Below are positions 35,635 through 45,404 of a stretch of DNA of 52,766 nt, one piece after another. The stretch is taken from the NCBI GenBank assembly GCA_035489575.1, contig DATHJY010000006.1:1-52766 (forward strand), read 5' to 3'. The DNA comes from Verrucomicrobiia bacterium (GTDB taxonomy: Bacteria > Patescibacteriota > Saccharimonadia > Saccharimonadales > JAGQNK01). Position numbers and translations under genes: made by a program. Numbering within the stretch: position 1 is the first letter of the stretch; every line of letters starts with the position of its first letter. The notes below the pieces were generated by a model. The model ran no database searches, had not been told where the DNA came from, and was given only the letters and a program-made list of their open reading frames with translations.

Positions 35635-36858
35635 ATGAGACCCGAATTTACTTCGGAATTCTTTCGGCAGAATCGTGAGCGACTACGGACACTCTTTACG
35701 GGGACTGCGCCTATTATTTTGACTGCCAATGGGCAGATGCAGCGTAATGGTGATACGGCCTTTCCGTTTCGTCAGGACAGTAACTTCTGGTACCTGACTG
35801 GCATAGAAGAGTCCGACGCTATTTTGGTTATGGACAAAAACAAAGAGTACATTATATTGCCCGAGCGCGAAGAGTGGCGCAATACGTTTGACGGAGCGGT
35901 GAGTACCGAAAGGCTTTCACATATTTCTGGCATAGCTGACATACTGACTGATAAAACCGGTTGGAAGCAGCTGGCTCACCGACTCAAAAAAGTGCGACAC
36001 GTCGCAACACTGTCTGCACCACCTGCCTACGTTGACCACTACAACCTGTACACCAATCCGGCACGAGCTCGCCTGCTGGCCCGCCTCAAAGTTGAAGCCG
36101 GCGAAGAGCTGGAGCTGCTAGACTTGCGCCCGCATTTGGCACGCATGCGATCAGTCAAGCAGCCTATTGAACTTGAGGCCATGCAGCATGCTATGGATAT
36201 TACTATTGAAGGACTCAAGCTGATCTACAAAAAGCGCCAAAAATATGAATACGAACGAGACATACATGCTGACCTTACTGCTCTGTTTATCAAAAAGGGT
36301 GCCAAGCATGCGTATCCTCCCATTATTGCTACGGGTGCCGGGACGGCTACGGTGCACTATTCGGCGAACGATCAAGCCATCGACCCTTCCGGACTATTGC
36401 TCATGGACGTCGGGGCCGAAGTATCTGGTTATGCGGCGGATATTTCTCGAACCTACGCACTGAGCGAACCGAGTAAGCGTCAAAGGGCCGTGTACGATGC
36501 GGTTGTGGAGGTCTATGATTATGCTTCCTCGCTCTTAAAGCCAGGCGTTGTGTATCGGGAATACGAAGGACAGGTAGAGCACTTTATGGGCGAAAAACTG
36601 CGCGAGCTTGGGCTGATTAAGCTGATAGAAAAAGAAGAGGTGCGCAAGTTTTACCCCCACTATACCTCGCACTTTTTGGGACTTGAGACACATGATATCT
36701 ACGATCCGGATAGACCATTTGAGCCGGGCATGGTGTTGACCATAGAGCCCGGTATTTACATCCCGGCAGAGGGAATTGGCGTGCGCATAGAAGACGATGT
36801 GCTGATCACCTCTAACGGTATAGAGAACCTAACCAAAAAGATACCCCTTACGCTTTAA
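35635..36858 (+). CDS. pepP: Xaa-Pro aminopeptidase (M24B)
   Basis: The M24 metal-ligand context is present (DVGAEVSGYAADISRTY, HFLGLETHD, IEPGIYIP, GVRIEDDVLIT). Confidence 0.85.
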   Translation: MRPEFTSEFFRQNRERLRTLFTGTAPIILTANGQMQRNGDTAFPFRQDSNFWYLTGIEESDAILVMDKNKEYIILPEREEWRNTFDGAVSTERLSHISGIADILTDKTGWKQLAHRLKKVRHVATLSAPPAYVDHYNLYTNPARARLLARLKVEAGEELELLDLRPHLARMRSVKQPIELEAMQHAMDITIEGLKLIYKKRQKYEYERDIHADLTALFIKKGAKHAYPPIIATGAGTATVHYSANDQAIDPSGLLLMDVGAEVSGYAADISRTYALSEPSKRQRAVYDAVVEVYDYASSLLKPGVVYREYEGQVEHFMGEKLRELGLIKLIEKEEVRKFYPHYTSHFLGLETHDIYDPDRPFEPGMVLTIEPGIYIPAEGIGVRIEDDVLITSNGIENLTKKIPLTL

Positions 36859-36901
36859 CCACAAGCATTTTGCCCATGGCTTTGTTACAATGGAGGGTAA
36901 T

Positions 36902-37267
36902 ATGCAGAAAGGACCAGTGAGCCGGTTTTTTATTCGTTGGTTTGTGTGCGGGCTGGGGCTATGGATTGCTGCAGGTCTGCTGGGGGAGCGCATCAACTAC
37001 GATAGCCGTATAGGCGTCATTATCTTGGCGGGCCTTATCTTGGCGCTGGTAAACGCTATTATCAAGCCCATTGTCGTTATTTTATCTCTGCCGGCTATCT
37101 TGTTTAGCCTGGGGCTGTTCATGATTGTGATCAACGGTTTCATGGTTTATTTGGTAGGGTGGCTGTATCCTCAGCTCGAAATTGCCTCTTTTGGGACGGC
37201 TATGGTTGCCGGCCTGGTGATTGGCCTGGTAAACTACCTGGTATCCACCATCTTAGAGGAGAGATAA
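36902..37267 (+). CDS. Four-TM membrane protein of the phage-holin-IV/DUF360 type
   Basis: The segment FIRWFVCGLGLWIAAGLL..INAIIKPIVVILSLPAILFSLGLFMIVINGFMVYL matches the family pattern. Confidence 0.6.
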   Translation: MQKGPVSRFFIRWFVCGLGLWIAAGLLGERINYDSRIGVIILAGLILALVNAIIKPIVVILSLPAILFSLGLFMIVINGFMVYLVGWLYPQLEIASFGTAMVAGLVIGLVNYLVSTILEER

Positions 37268-37277
37268 ATTTCTGTTT

Positions 37278-37487
37278 ATGAGCATCTACAACTACATTAC
37301 GATTGGGTCCATGGTTGCGCTGACCATTCTTGTTCTTATGCAAACTCGGGGCGCTTCACTGGGCGCAGGCCTTGGCGGAGGCGGCGAGGTTAACACCGTG
37401 CGCCGTGGATCTGACCGCACCATCCACCAGATAACAATCGTCTTAGCTTTTGTTTTCGCCGGCTCTATTATCCTGGGAATCGTTTAA
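37278..37487 (+). CDS. secG: Preprotein translocase subunit SecG
   Basis: It is 69 aa with two TM helices. The central Gly-rich loop LMQTRGASLGAGLGGGGE is present. Confidence 0.75.
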   Translation: MSIYNYITIGSMVALTILVLMQTRGASLGAGLGGGGEVNTVRRGSDRTIHQITIVLAFVFAGSIILGIV

Positions 37488-37530
37488 GGACAAATCCCAA
37501 GTCATAAACACTAGTACCAGTAGTTTGGCG

Positions 37531-38346
37531 CTAGTGTTGTTCTAAGGTTTTTAGATCCTCAGGCACGCCATAGAATGCTGCGGGTTTATTACACAGCTTC
37601 GCCCACATTTGATCATATAAAGAATAGTGCCACTCCTCTGTAGGGTTGTTTGCCATGGCAACTCCACCCACGGATTCAGAGGTCAAGATATTGTAAAGCA
37701 CTCTGCGGGCGTACAGGGCTTTTTCGAATTTCTTGTCTTCTAGGGCATGCTTTTCGAGGTAATCGGTAAAGATAGCATCTTTGCCAAATTCGGCAGGGCC
37801 TCGCCCCACGTCCAGGCGCTCGCCGCCAACCACCTTTAGGTTCAGGTCTACTGCGCCGCCAGTAAAATGTGGTGGCATGGAAGTTTTAGACCATTCGGGG
37901 TAGGCTACTACGTGCTTGCGGCGCTCTTTGATTTGTTCTTCGGACCAGTTGGGGTGCTGCCTCTTCAGCAGATTGGGCAGAAGTTCGTCGTGTATAAGGG
38001 CGATGAGCTCTGGCGAACGAAAGCCGTCTCCGATATAGAGCTCGAGCGTCCCACCAAATATCTCTTTCAGCTCTGTTGCTTGGCGCAGAAACTCATTAGT
38101 GGCAGCTAGCTTCTTGGCAACAGACTTGCGTACAAATATATGTGGGCTCACTCCGGGTACTGGATCGCCCGTGACATTATTCTCCCTACTATAATAGCTG
38201 ACTCCCCCTAGTCCGTAGTCTTTGATAGAAACAAGTGGTTCAGTATAGAATGGGCTATTTGTGTCAATTGGGTGGTCTCGGTAGTCAAGCTTACGCTTAC
38301 GTTGGCCGTCCAGATTGGGGATAGGGGCGAGTAGGTCGATCTTCAT
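37531..38346 (-). CDS. M15-family D-Ala-D-Ala dipeptidase/carboxypeptidase-like protein (VanX/VanY type)
   Basis: The zinc-ligand context is PPHFTGGAVDL (the HxxGxAxD motif) and EEWHY. Confidence 0.6.
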   Translation of the reverse strand: MKIDLLAPIPNLDGQRKRKLDYRDHPIDTNSPFYTEPLVSIKDYGLGGVSYYSRENNVTGDPVPGVSPHIFVRKSVAKKLAATNEFLRQATELKEIFGGTLELYIGDGFRSPELIALIHDELLPNLLKRQHPNWSEEQIKERRKHVVAYPEWSKTSMPPHFTGGAVDLNLKVVGGERLDVGRGPAEFGKDAIFTDYLEKHALEDKKFEKALYARRVLYNILTSESVGGVAMANNPTEEWHYSLYDQMWAKLCNKPAAFYGVPEDLKTLEQH

Positions 38347-38444
38347 ACTCTGCCATTATCGCATAGGTTATCTTAGCAAACTGCCTGGTTGGGGTTCTTA
38401 AGGCTCAGGTTTCCCCTGCATAAGTGCTAAAATAGTGAAAGTTT

Positions 38445-40223
38445 ATGATTGATCGTACTACCAAATTGCGCTGGCGCCGACGCGTGCGCCAGCGCCGACG
38501 CCAGGTCGAAGACATAGGTATCCAGGCCGAAGAACAGCTAGAAGAGCATTTCTTTAAGCGGCTGAGTCGTCTGACGGATGTACGACGGTTTGTGGTCAGT
38601 TGGGTTCTCCTGGTCACGCTTCTTATTATTGGATCAGTCACGCAGCTCCGGGGCCTGAGCCAATACTACCAAAAGCTTGCCCCAGCCCCAGGGGGTACTT
38701 ATACAGAAGGCGTTATTGGTAGCTTTACCACCGCTAACCCTCTGTATGCTACTACTGCGGCCGATGCGGCTGCGGCTCGTCTGGTGTTCTCTGGACTGTT
38801 CAAGTACGACCAAAACAACCAACTAACCGGCGACTTGGCCAAGCGTCTGGACGTCGACGAACGGGGCAACCGCTTTACTATAACGCTGCGCGACAATGTG
38901 AAATGGCACGACGGTCATCCGCTGACATCGGCAGACGTGCTGTACACCTATAAGATCATCCAAAATCCTGATGCTAAGTCACCACTGTTCAATAGCTGGA
39001 AAGGCATCACTGTAGAGGCACCCACAGAGAAGACGATCGTCTTTACACTACCCAATGTTCTGGCGTCTTTCCCGACGGGCCTCACCAATGGCATCGTTCC
39101 CAAGCACCTTCTAGAATCAACCCAGCCGGGGCAGTTGCGCACCATACGATTCAATACCATGGCCCCCGTTGGGTCGGGTCCGTTCAGGTGGGAGGCGCTG
39201 GAAGTAGCCGGCGAGACCCAGGAGAACCGCGAAGAGCGTATTGGGCTGATCCCGAACGAACTGTATTATCACGGTGTTCCACAGCTGGATCATTTTATTC
39301 TGAGGACATTTCGGTCCGAGGAACAGATGCTGGACAGCTTCCGCGGCGGTGAGCTAACGGCTATGTCTGGTCTGACCAGCTTGCCGGACAACGTGCGTTC
39401 TTCTGAAACCATAGAACATAACATTCCGCTGACTGGTGAAGTTATGGTGTTCTTCAAAAATACTATCGAGCCCTTCAATGACCCTATTGTGCGTAAAGCG
39501 CTAGTGTTGGCTGTAGATGTTGCGTCTGCTACCAAAGACCTAGAGTATCCGGTTATCTTGGCCAAGGCACCATTGCTGGCGTCGCAGCTGGGCTATGACA
39601 AAACGCTCACGCAGCTGCCCTATGATACTGATACGGCCAGTAAACTCCTCGATGCCAGCGGCTGGGTAAAGGGTCCAGATGGTATACGGTCTAAAGCCGG
39701 CAAGGTGCTGAGTTTCCAGCTATCGGCCCAGAGTACTAGTGAATACACGGCCGTAACGGGCTATCTGCAAAAGGCTTGGCGGGATATTGGGGTTGATGCT
39801 CAGGTCATGTTGCAGTCTGATGCTGACGTGCAGGGCATTGTCAGCCGCCACGACTACGAGGCTGTGCTGTACGGTATCTCGCTGGGAACTGATCCCGATG
39901 TATTTGCATATTGGCATAGTTCGCAGGCCGACCCTCGTGCACCGAGCCGTCTGAACTTATCAGAATATATCTCTACCGGAGCCGACAAAGCGCTAGAGGC
40001 AGGCCGCACTCGCTCGGACGCCGCCATACGTGCCAGCAAATACCGTCCGTTTCTAGAGGCGTGGCGGAGCGATGCACCAGCACTAGCCTTGTACCAACCA
40101 CGTTTCTTGTATGTGACACATGGTGACGTTGCAGGCTTTGCACCCAAAGTGCTCAACACACCGACTGACCGCTTCAACGCTATAGAAGGCTGGACTATCC
40201 GCCAGCAAAAAGTCAGCAAATAA
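38445..40223 (+). CDS. ABC transporter substrate-binding protein, family 5 (peptide/nickel type)
   Basis: It has an N-terminal TM anchor. SBP_bac_5-like regions follow (TFTLRDNVKWHDGHPLTSADVLYTY ... DYEAVLYG). Confidence 0.8.
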   Translation: MIDRTTKLRWRRRVRQRRRQVEDIGIQAEEQLEEHFFKRLSRLTDVRRFVVSWVLLVTLLIIGSVTQLRGLSQYYQKLAPAPGGTYTEGVIGSFTTANPLYATTAADAAAARLVFSGLFKYDQNNQLTGDLAKRLDVDERGNRFTITLRDNVKWHDGHPLTSADVLYTYKIIQNPDAKSPLFNSWKGITVEAPTEKTIVFTLPNVLASFPTGLTNGIVPKHLLESTQPGQLRTIRFNTMAPVGSGPFRWEALEVAGETQENREERIGLIPNELYYHGVPQLDHFILRTFRSEEQMLDSFRGGELTAMSGLTSLPDNVRSSETIEHNIPLTGEVMVFFKNTIEPFNDPIVRKALVLAVDVASATKDLEYPVILAKAPLLASQLGYDKTLTQLPYDTDTASKLLDASGWVKGPDGIRSKAGKVLSFQLSAQSTSEYTAVTGYLQKAWRDIGVDAQVMLQSDADVQGIVSRHDYEAVLYGISLGTDPDVFAYWHSSQADPRAPSRLNLSEYISTGADKALEAGRTRSDAAIRASKYRPFLEAWRSDAPALALYQPRFLYVTHGDVAGFAPKVLNTPTDRFNAIEGWTIRQQKVSK

Positions 40224-40234
40224 ACTTTTCTTGC

Positions 40235-41011
40235 TTACTTTATGGCTTCTTTGGTCATGAAGTCTTTGACGCTGGCAACGGTGTCCATGAACTGGCTGGG
40301 GAAGATAATAGTACTGTTCTTTTCTACGGCTATCTCGTTTAGTACCTGGAGGTTGCGGAGTTGCAGGGCGATAGGATGCTGGGCAATGATGTCAGCCGCT
40401 TCACCCAGTTTGGCGGCGCTTTGGGCCTCACCCTCGGCGGCGATAATCTTGGCCCGCTTTTCGCGCTCGGCCTCGGCCTCTTTGGCCATGGCCCGCTGCA
40501 TGCTGTCTGGCAGTTGGATGTCTTTGAGTTCGACGGTGCTGACGTAGATGCCCCATTTTTCTGTGGCGTTGTCTAGGATACCCTTGATGGCTTCGTTAAT
40601 CTTGGCGGTGTTACTGAGTACTTCGTCCAGTGTGCTCTGGCCAACAATATTGCGCACGGTGGTTTGAGCAATCTGATAGGTGGCATTCATAACGTTAGCA
40701 ATCTCTACGATAGATTTGGTAGCGTCGGTGACGTTGTAGTAGGCAACGGCCGCAACATCTATGGATACGTTGTCTCTGGTGATAATCTTTTGCGAGTCTA
40801 CGGGCAGGGTGATGATGCGTATATCAACTTTTCGCATCTGGTCTACCACGGGAATGATCAGCCTGAGTCCGGGCTGTTTAATGTCCGGGCGTACTCTGCC
40901 TAGGCGAAACACCACACCACGTTCGTATTGGTTGATGAGCCGCAACCCCGTGACTACCAAAAAGCCGATGACCATTAGCAGAAAGACTAAAAACCCCATA
41001 GTATACTCCAT
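40235..41011 (-). CDS. SPFH/Band 7 (stomatin-like) protein
   Basis: The segments [31 protein letters not shown] and a coiled [17 protein letters not shown] are present. An alternative start lies at 40999. Confidence 0.85.
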   Translation of the reverse strand: MEYTMGFLVFLLMVIGFLVVTGLRLINQYERGVVFRLGRVRPDIKQPGLRLIIPVVDQMRKVDIRIITLPVDSQKIITRDNVSIDVAAVAYYNVTDATKSIVEIANVMNATYQIAQTTVRNIVGQSTLDEVLSNTAKINEAIKGILDNATEKWGIYVSTVELKDIQLPDSMQRAMAKEAEAEREKRAKIIAAEGEAQSAAKLGEAADIIAQHPIALQLRNLQVLNEIAVEKNSTIIFPSQFMDTVASVKDFMTKEAIK

Positions 41012-41060
41012 TGTTACTTATGCCAAAAACTATACCACGAACCCATTTCATATCTATGCT

Positions 41061-41576
41061 CTAGACCCATATTCCTAGTATGCCGCCGACAGCCATGACT
41101 AGCAGGGGGTTGGCCTTCCATTTGGCGATGGCTAGAAACGACCCAGCGCCGATACAGACAAGCCACAGGCTAGACGAGAAGTCGGGAGGCAGCAGGTGGA
41201 TAGCCGTAACGGCTACAACGCCCGGCGCCGCCAGACTGACGCCTTTTACAAAATATTGGACATGGGGGTGGTCGGCAACGCTGCTTAAATATTTGGCGGC
41301 CAGCAAGGACAGTATCCATGGCGCGATATAAATACCCAGCGCACCCACTCCAAACCCTGCAATGCCGCCCACCCGGTAGCCCATAAATGCAGCAGCGCCG
41401 TTGGCAGCCGGGCCAGGCGTGGCATAGCCAAAAGCCAATACCGCAGACAGGTCAATGGCTGTTATCCAGTGAGTCTGCACTACCCCGACCTGGTAGAAAA
41501 AGGCCGGCCCACCCCCACCAAAAGTGATCAGGCTAATGGTCACCATGTTTATGAAAAGATGCAGTAGTTCACCCAT
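41061..41576 (-). CDS. Chromate transporter (CHR) family protein, C-terminal half
   Basis: The segment ITFGGGGPAFFYQ...FGYATPGPAANGAAFMGY is typical of a CHR domain. The start at 41576 overlaps the upstream half-gene by 8 nt. Confidence 0.75.
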   Translation of the reverse strand: MGELLHLFINMVTISLITFGGGGPAFFYQVGVVQTHWITAIDLSAVLAFGYATPGPAANGAAAFMGYRVGGIAGFGVGALGIYIAPWILSLLAAKYLSSVADHPHVQYFVKGVSLAAPGVVAVTAIHLLPPDFSSSLWLVCIGAGSFLAIAKWKANPLLVMAVGGILGIWV

Positions 41577-42129
41577 GGGCTTTTCGCTCCTTGGTATTCC
41601 AGAAAGACAGCAAGGCGGCTGTCGCGCCAAATACAAAAACGATAATCACCGGGTTACACCCCATCCACCGGATTGTGGCTGATGTAAATATCAGCATCCA
41701 CATCCAGGGGTGGCTGACATGTTTCTTGCCAATTCGGTAGGCGTTGGCCAGCATGACGCCGCCCAGTGCAGCGCTGACTCCGCCTAAATGCTCTAGCGCT
41801 TGCGAGCCTTGCAAGAACCGGAAATACACCACAGAAAATACCAAGAACAATATCAAAGCTGGTGTCACGTATGACGCTACGGCGACACAAGCGCCCCGGA
41901 CTCCCCTGAGCTGGTAGCCGATGTTGGACACGATTTGTATCTGCGTAGCTCCTGGCAAAATTTGGGCGTATGCAACGGCCGTGTGGACCTGGCGCTTTGT
42001 CAGCTCCTTGGTGTCGGCAAACTCTTTTTCTAATAACAAGGCCGTGGTGGACCAGCCACCAAAAGCAGTGGCCCCGACTTTTAGAAAAGTCCGAACCAAA
42101 CCTCCATACCGAATAGGCTGTGTTTTCAT
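41569..42129 (-). CDS. Chromate transporter (CHR) family protein, N-terminal half
   Basis: The segment FLKVGATAFGGWSTTALL...AYAQILPGATQIQI is typical of a CHR domain. Confidence 0.75.
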   Translation of the reverse strand: MKTQPIRYGGLVRTFLKVGATAFGGWSTTALLLEKEFADTKELTKRQVHTAVAYAQILPGATQIQIVSNIGYQLRGVRGACVAVASYVTPALILFLVFSVVYFRFLQGSQALEHLGGVSAALGGVMLANAYRIGKKHVSHPWMWMLIFTSATIRWMGCNPVIIVFVFGATAALLSFWNTKERKAHG

Positions 42130-42326
42130 GTGTCATAACCCCAAAGTCTCTTGTTTGTGTTTTGTAAGAGGCCGCTGATCATTATATGCCGCAGGGGCCG
42201 CTGCAAAAAGCCGAATAATTCATAAATAGATTCACAAGAGAGCGGAGCAATGTTGGACCGGGCTCCATAGCCCCTCGAAGCATAAGAAGCGGTACAATAC
42301 AGTCTGAAGTAAGGAGACTAGGAGAT

Positions 42327-43013
42327 ATGGCCGAGAGAGCCGAGTACGTTGGGTGGGACGATATCGTGGACACCAGCTTAGAAGCCGGGGCTTCTAAGCT
42401 TGGCAGGTTGGTGGCGGCGGACTTGGTACCGCCGACATTTGTTGACCTTCCCGGGGTTGTGGCGCCCGTAAGTATTGTGGCAGCCGCAAGTGACAGAAGT
42501 GTCAGCTACATTATTTCCGATGCAATGAGCATGAACCTGACGGAGATGGCTCACACCTTCGAGATCCTGACAGAGGAAGATCTAGAGGACTTCCCGCGGC
42601 TGAGGCGGGGCTCCGAACGGTTCGCCCGCCCCTTAGCATATGGTGACATGAGCGAAATAGGTTCTGATCTCCTCCTGAACGAAGCGTTCGAAATAAACCC
42701 ATTCCTGCGTGGCCGAGGAGCTGGTGTGGCTTTGCACGAGAGCTTGGTCCGGGTTGCGGGTAACCTCGGCTTTAAGTTTTTAACAGGGCATCAGGACAAT
42801 GCGGGGAGTCTTCGCTTTTTTCTGAACCGCGGCCGCTACAGCCTGACCGACATTAGGGATGACAGGCTGCACGAGTTTGATTGTGTGAAAGCGCCGCTTT
42901 TTAGAGCGCCGGATCTGGACTTCTTTACCATAAAGTTTTTGCAGCCAGACGACATCGCCCAGTACGTGAAGCCAGATAAAATAAGGGAGCCAGTGGCTCT
43001 TCGGGAAGATTGA
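42327..43013 (+). CDS. Putative GNAT-like acetyltransferase-fold protein with moderately elevated GC
   Basis: The segment RGRGAGVALHESLVRVAGNLGFKFLTGHQDNAGSLRFFLNRGY resembles GNAT motif A. The assignment is tentative. Confidence 0.4.
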   Translation: MAERAEYVGWDDIVDTSLEAGASKLGRLVAADLVPPTFVDLPGVVAPVSIVAAASDRSVSYIISDAMSMNLTEMAHTFEILTEEDLEDFPRLRRGSERFARPLAYGDMSEIGSDLLLNEAFEINPFLRGRGAGVALHESLVRVAGNLGFKFLTGHQDNAGSLRFFLNRGRYSLTDIRDDRLHEFDCVKAPLFRAPDLDFFTIKFLQPDDIAQYVKPDKIREPVALRED

Positions 43014-43044
43014 CGTATTTGTTGTTAAATGTTAAAATATACTA

Positions 43045-43233
43045 ATGATTGTGATACCCGATACGGGTGAGCTAAGGTTTCAGGCTGAGCGTGCTGACGC
43101 TGACCTGTTGACGACCCTAGCTGATCCCATGGTCCGCTGGGGTGGAATCGAGCGCATTCGCCAAATACACAATATCTTGCGCGATCGTCGGCCGGATATT
43201 CTAGAAGAAAGCCCCTTGGGGGCAAGGAGTTGA
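43045..43233 (+). CDS. Small hypothetical protein (62 aa)
   Basis: The ORF stop TGA at 43231-43233 lies within a few nucleotides of the next ORF start. I recognise no family. Confidence 0.35.
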   Translation: MIVIPDTGELRFQAERADADLLTTLADPMVRWGGIERIRQIHNILRDRRPDILEESPLGARS

Positions 43234-43238
43234 AGGCG

Positions 43239-43601
43239 GTGCGAACCGAAGCAGCTACTCGGTACTTGGTTGCCGAGCATGGGTTGCGCCTGGAAGATGG
43301 CGTGCTGTTTTCGGCAGATCGTCTCCATGCCGCCAATGCCCTTACATCGGCATGGGTGCTTTCCGGCGGACGGGGCGCAGAGACAACCCTGCCCAGCACT
43401 GGTGCGGCCCTGGTCGTAGAATACGCTTTCCGTGGACCCGAAGGGGAGCCTCAGGCTGAGTTGGGGTCCGAGATTATCACACCGGCAGGGCTGTCGATTC
43501 ATGCTGCCTTTATGGGCGAGCAACCCTTGGCTCGTGTTCCCATGAATGTTGACCATGCTATCGCCGCCAGTCGCCAGATACTCGATTTCTATGCCGCCTA
43601 G
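43239..43601 (+). CDS. Hypothetical protein (about 120 aa)
   Basis: The ORF track start is a TTG at 43230. The GTG at 43239 has AAGGAG 9 nt upstream and is preferred. I recognise no family. Confidence 0.4.
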   Translation: MRTEAATRYLVAEHGLRLEDGVLFSADRLHAANALTSAWVLSGGRGAETTLPSTGAALVVEYAFRGPEGEPQAELGSEIITPAGLSIHAAFMGEQPLARVPMNVDHAIAASRQILDFYAA

Positions 43602-43608
43602 ATGGCGG

Positions 43609-43812
43609 TCAAATCTTAAGCAGTTCGAAAACTCTGTGAATGAGAAAGCCTGGCCATGCGACTGCCTTGAGAAGCGCGGCAACAACGTTCCAAAACCCAT
43701 CTGCTCGCTGTACAAAATAAACTGCTGCCCCAATGTAGGTCATCAGAAACACGCCGCCGAGTGGCCCGTTTTTGTGAATAATGTTTACTTTTTTGGTGTC
43801 TTCTTTTGCCAT
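43609..43812 (-). CDS. Small membrane protein (67 aa)
   Basis: The sequence starts MAKEDTKKVNIIHKNGPLGGVFLMTYIGAAVYFV and has two hydrophobic helices. Confidence 0.5.
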   Translation of the reverse strand: MAKEDTKKVNIIHKNGPLGGVFLMTYIGAAVYFVQRADGFWNVVAALLKAVAWPGFLIHRVFELLKI

Positions 43813-43941
43813 AACCAACCCCTTTATTTATGTGCTTAATTATACGCCACCTGTGAGCTCCGGGAGCAACGCGGACTGTAACTACTATGTCCGGCAGACG
43901 CTCGTGCCAGATTTGTGATACTGTATATGCATAAATTGTCT

Positions 43942-45339
43942 ATGAAAAAGCTTAACCGACTTAAGCGCTGGTTTGTACAAAGCCCCAAGCACATACGCGT
44001 GTTGTTCATCGCCGTTTTTGCCGGAATAGGGCTGGCTACGCTGCTGGTGACTAACGCCGCCACACCCACCGCTTCGATTGATCTCTGTGAAAATACACCA
44101 CTCGAGGGCAATGCCTTTATTGGTCATGATCATCCCAATACGTCGTGTGGTCACTATGTGTCATTTGGACTGAATCCACCCACCAATGTCAGCACCTCGC
44201 TTACCCTCACGGCGTCGGGCATTGTGGCACCTATTGATATTTCCAATACGCGAGTAGCCGGCGATAACAGGCTATTTATTACCAGCCAGCGTGGCAAGAT
44301 TCATGTGTCCAACAAAGATGGCTCTAATGTGGCCAACGCAGTGTTCTTGGACCTGAGCTCCCGAATTGTTACTGGTGGAGAGCAGGGTTTGTTGGGCCTG
44401 GCATTTGACCCTAACTACGCCCAAAACGGTTATTTCTACGTAAACTATATCGTCAATAGCAATCGAGGCACCTTTAACGGGCAGGCTATTAGTGCTGGCG
44501 ATACGGTCATCTCACGGTTTACTCGGAGCAGCGGTAACCCCAACGTTGCAGATCCTAATTCTGAGCTGGTAATTCTGGGCTATGACCAGCCAGAAGAGAA
44601 TCATAACGGTGGTGGCCTGCAGTTTGGTCCAGATGGATTCTTGTATATTGCCACTGGTGACGGTGGTGGCTCTAACGATGGTCACGGGCAGCACTGCGTC
44701 TATGGCAACGGGCAGTGTCTGAGCACCTATCTTGCCAAAATTCTGCGCATCGACGTCGCAGGAGCCACTGCCGCCCAACGGTACAAAATACCTGCCGGTA
44801 ACCCCTTTGCAAGTACTCCTGGTGCCAAGCCCGAGATTTGGCACTACGGTCTGCGCAATCCGTGGCGCTTTAGCTTTGACCGTACCACAGGCGATATGCT
44901 GATCGGCGACGTTGGTCAGGGCGAATGGGAAGAGATCGACTTTTCGGCAGCCGGTGTAGGCGGCAAGAACTTTGGCTGGCGTTGCCGCGAGGGCGCGCAC
45001 CCATTCAACGCCCAAGACAATCCCAATTGCAGTAACGTCAACGCCTTTACCAATCCCATTTATGAGTACAGTCACGGCAACGGCTGCTCGGTAAGCGGTG
45101 GCTATATCTATCGCGGCACCCAACATCCAGAATTCCAGGGGACTTATATCTTTAGCGATTACTGCAACAGCACACTCCGCTACCTCACCAAGAAAGCAGA
45201 TGGTACCTGGGGTCTGACGCAGACGATCAACGCCGGTATTTCCGAAGAAGGCCTGAGTAGCTTTGGCGAAGACGTCGGAGGCGAACTATATCTGGCGATT
45301 CTCTCCGGCAACGTCTACCGTATAGACGTCAGCCACTAG
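43942..45339 (+). CDS. PQQ-dependent sugar dehydrogenase-like beta-propeller protein (YliI/sorbosone dehydrogenase type)
   Basis: The start is set at MKKLNRLKRW, followed by a signal or TM segment. The motifs GLLGLAFDPNY, ENHNGGGLQFGPDGFLYIATGDGG and GLRNPWRFSFD are present. Confidence 0.8.
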   Translation: MKKLNRLKRWFVQSPKHIRVLFIAVFAGIGLATLLVTNAATPTASIDLCENTPLEGNAFIGHDHPNTSCGHYVSFGLNPPTNVSTSLTLTASGIVAPIDISNTRVAGDNRLFITSQRGKIHVSNKDGSNVANAVFLDLSSRIVTGGEQGLLGLAFDPNYAQNGYFYVNYIVNSNRGTFNGQAISAGDTVISRFTRSSGNPNVADPNSELVILGYDQPEENHNGGGLQFGPDGFLYIATGDGGGSNDGHGQHCVYGNGQCLSTYLAKILRIDVAGATAAQRYKIPAGNPFASTPGAKPEIWHYGLRNPWRFSFDRTTGDMLIGDVGQGEWEEIDFSAAGVGGKNFGWRCREGAHPFNAQDNPNCSNVNAFTNPIYEYSHGNGCSVSGGYIYRGTQHPEFQGTYIFSDYCNSTLRYLTKKADGTWGLTQTINAGISEEGLSSFGEDVGGELYLAILSGNVYRIDVSH

Positions 45340-45404
45340 CCAGAAGCGTCCACGATTTGCATAAGGATTTTGACAGGCTTTGTCAAACAAGGCTAGAATA
45401 CCTT

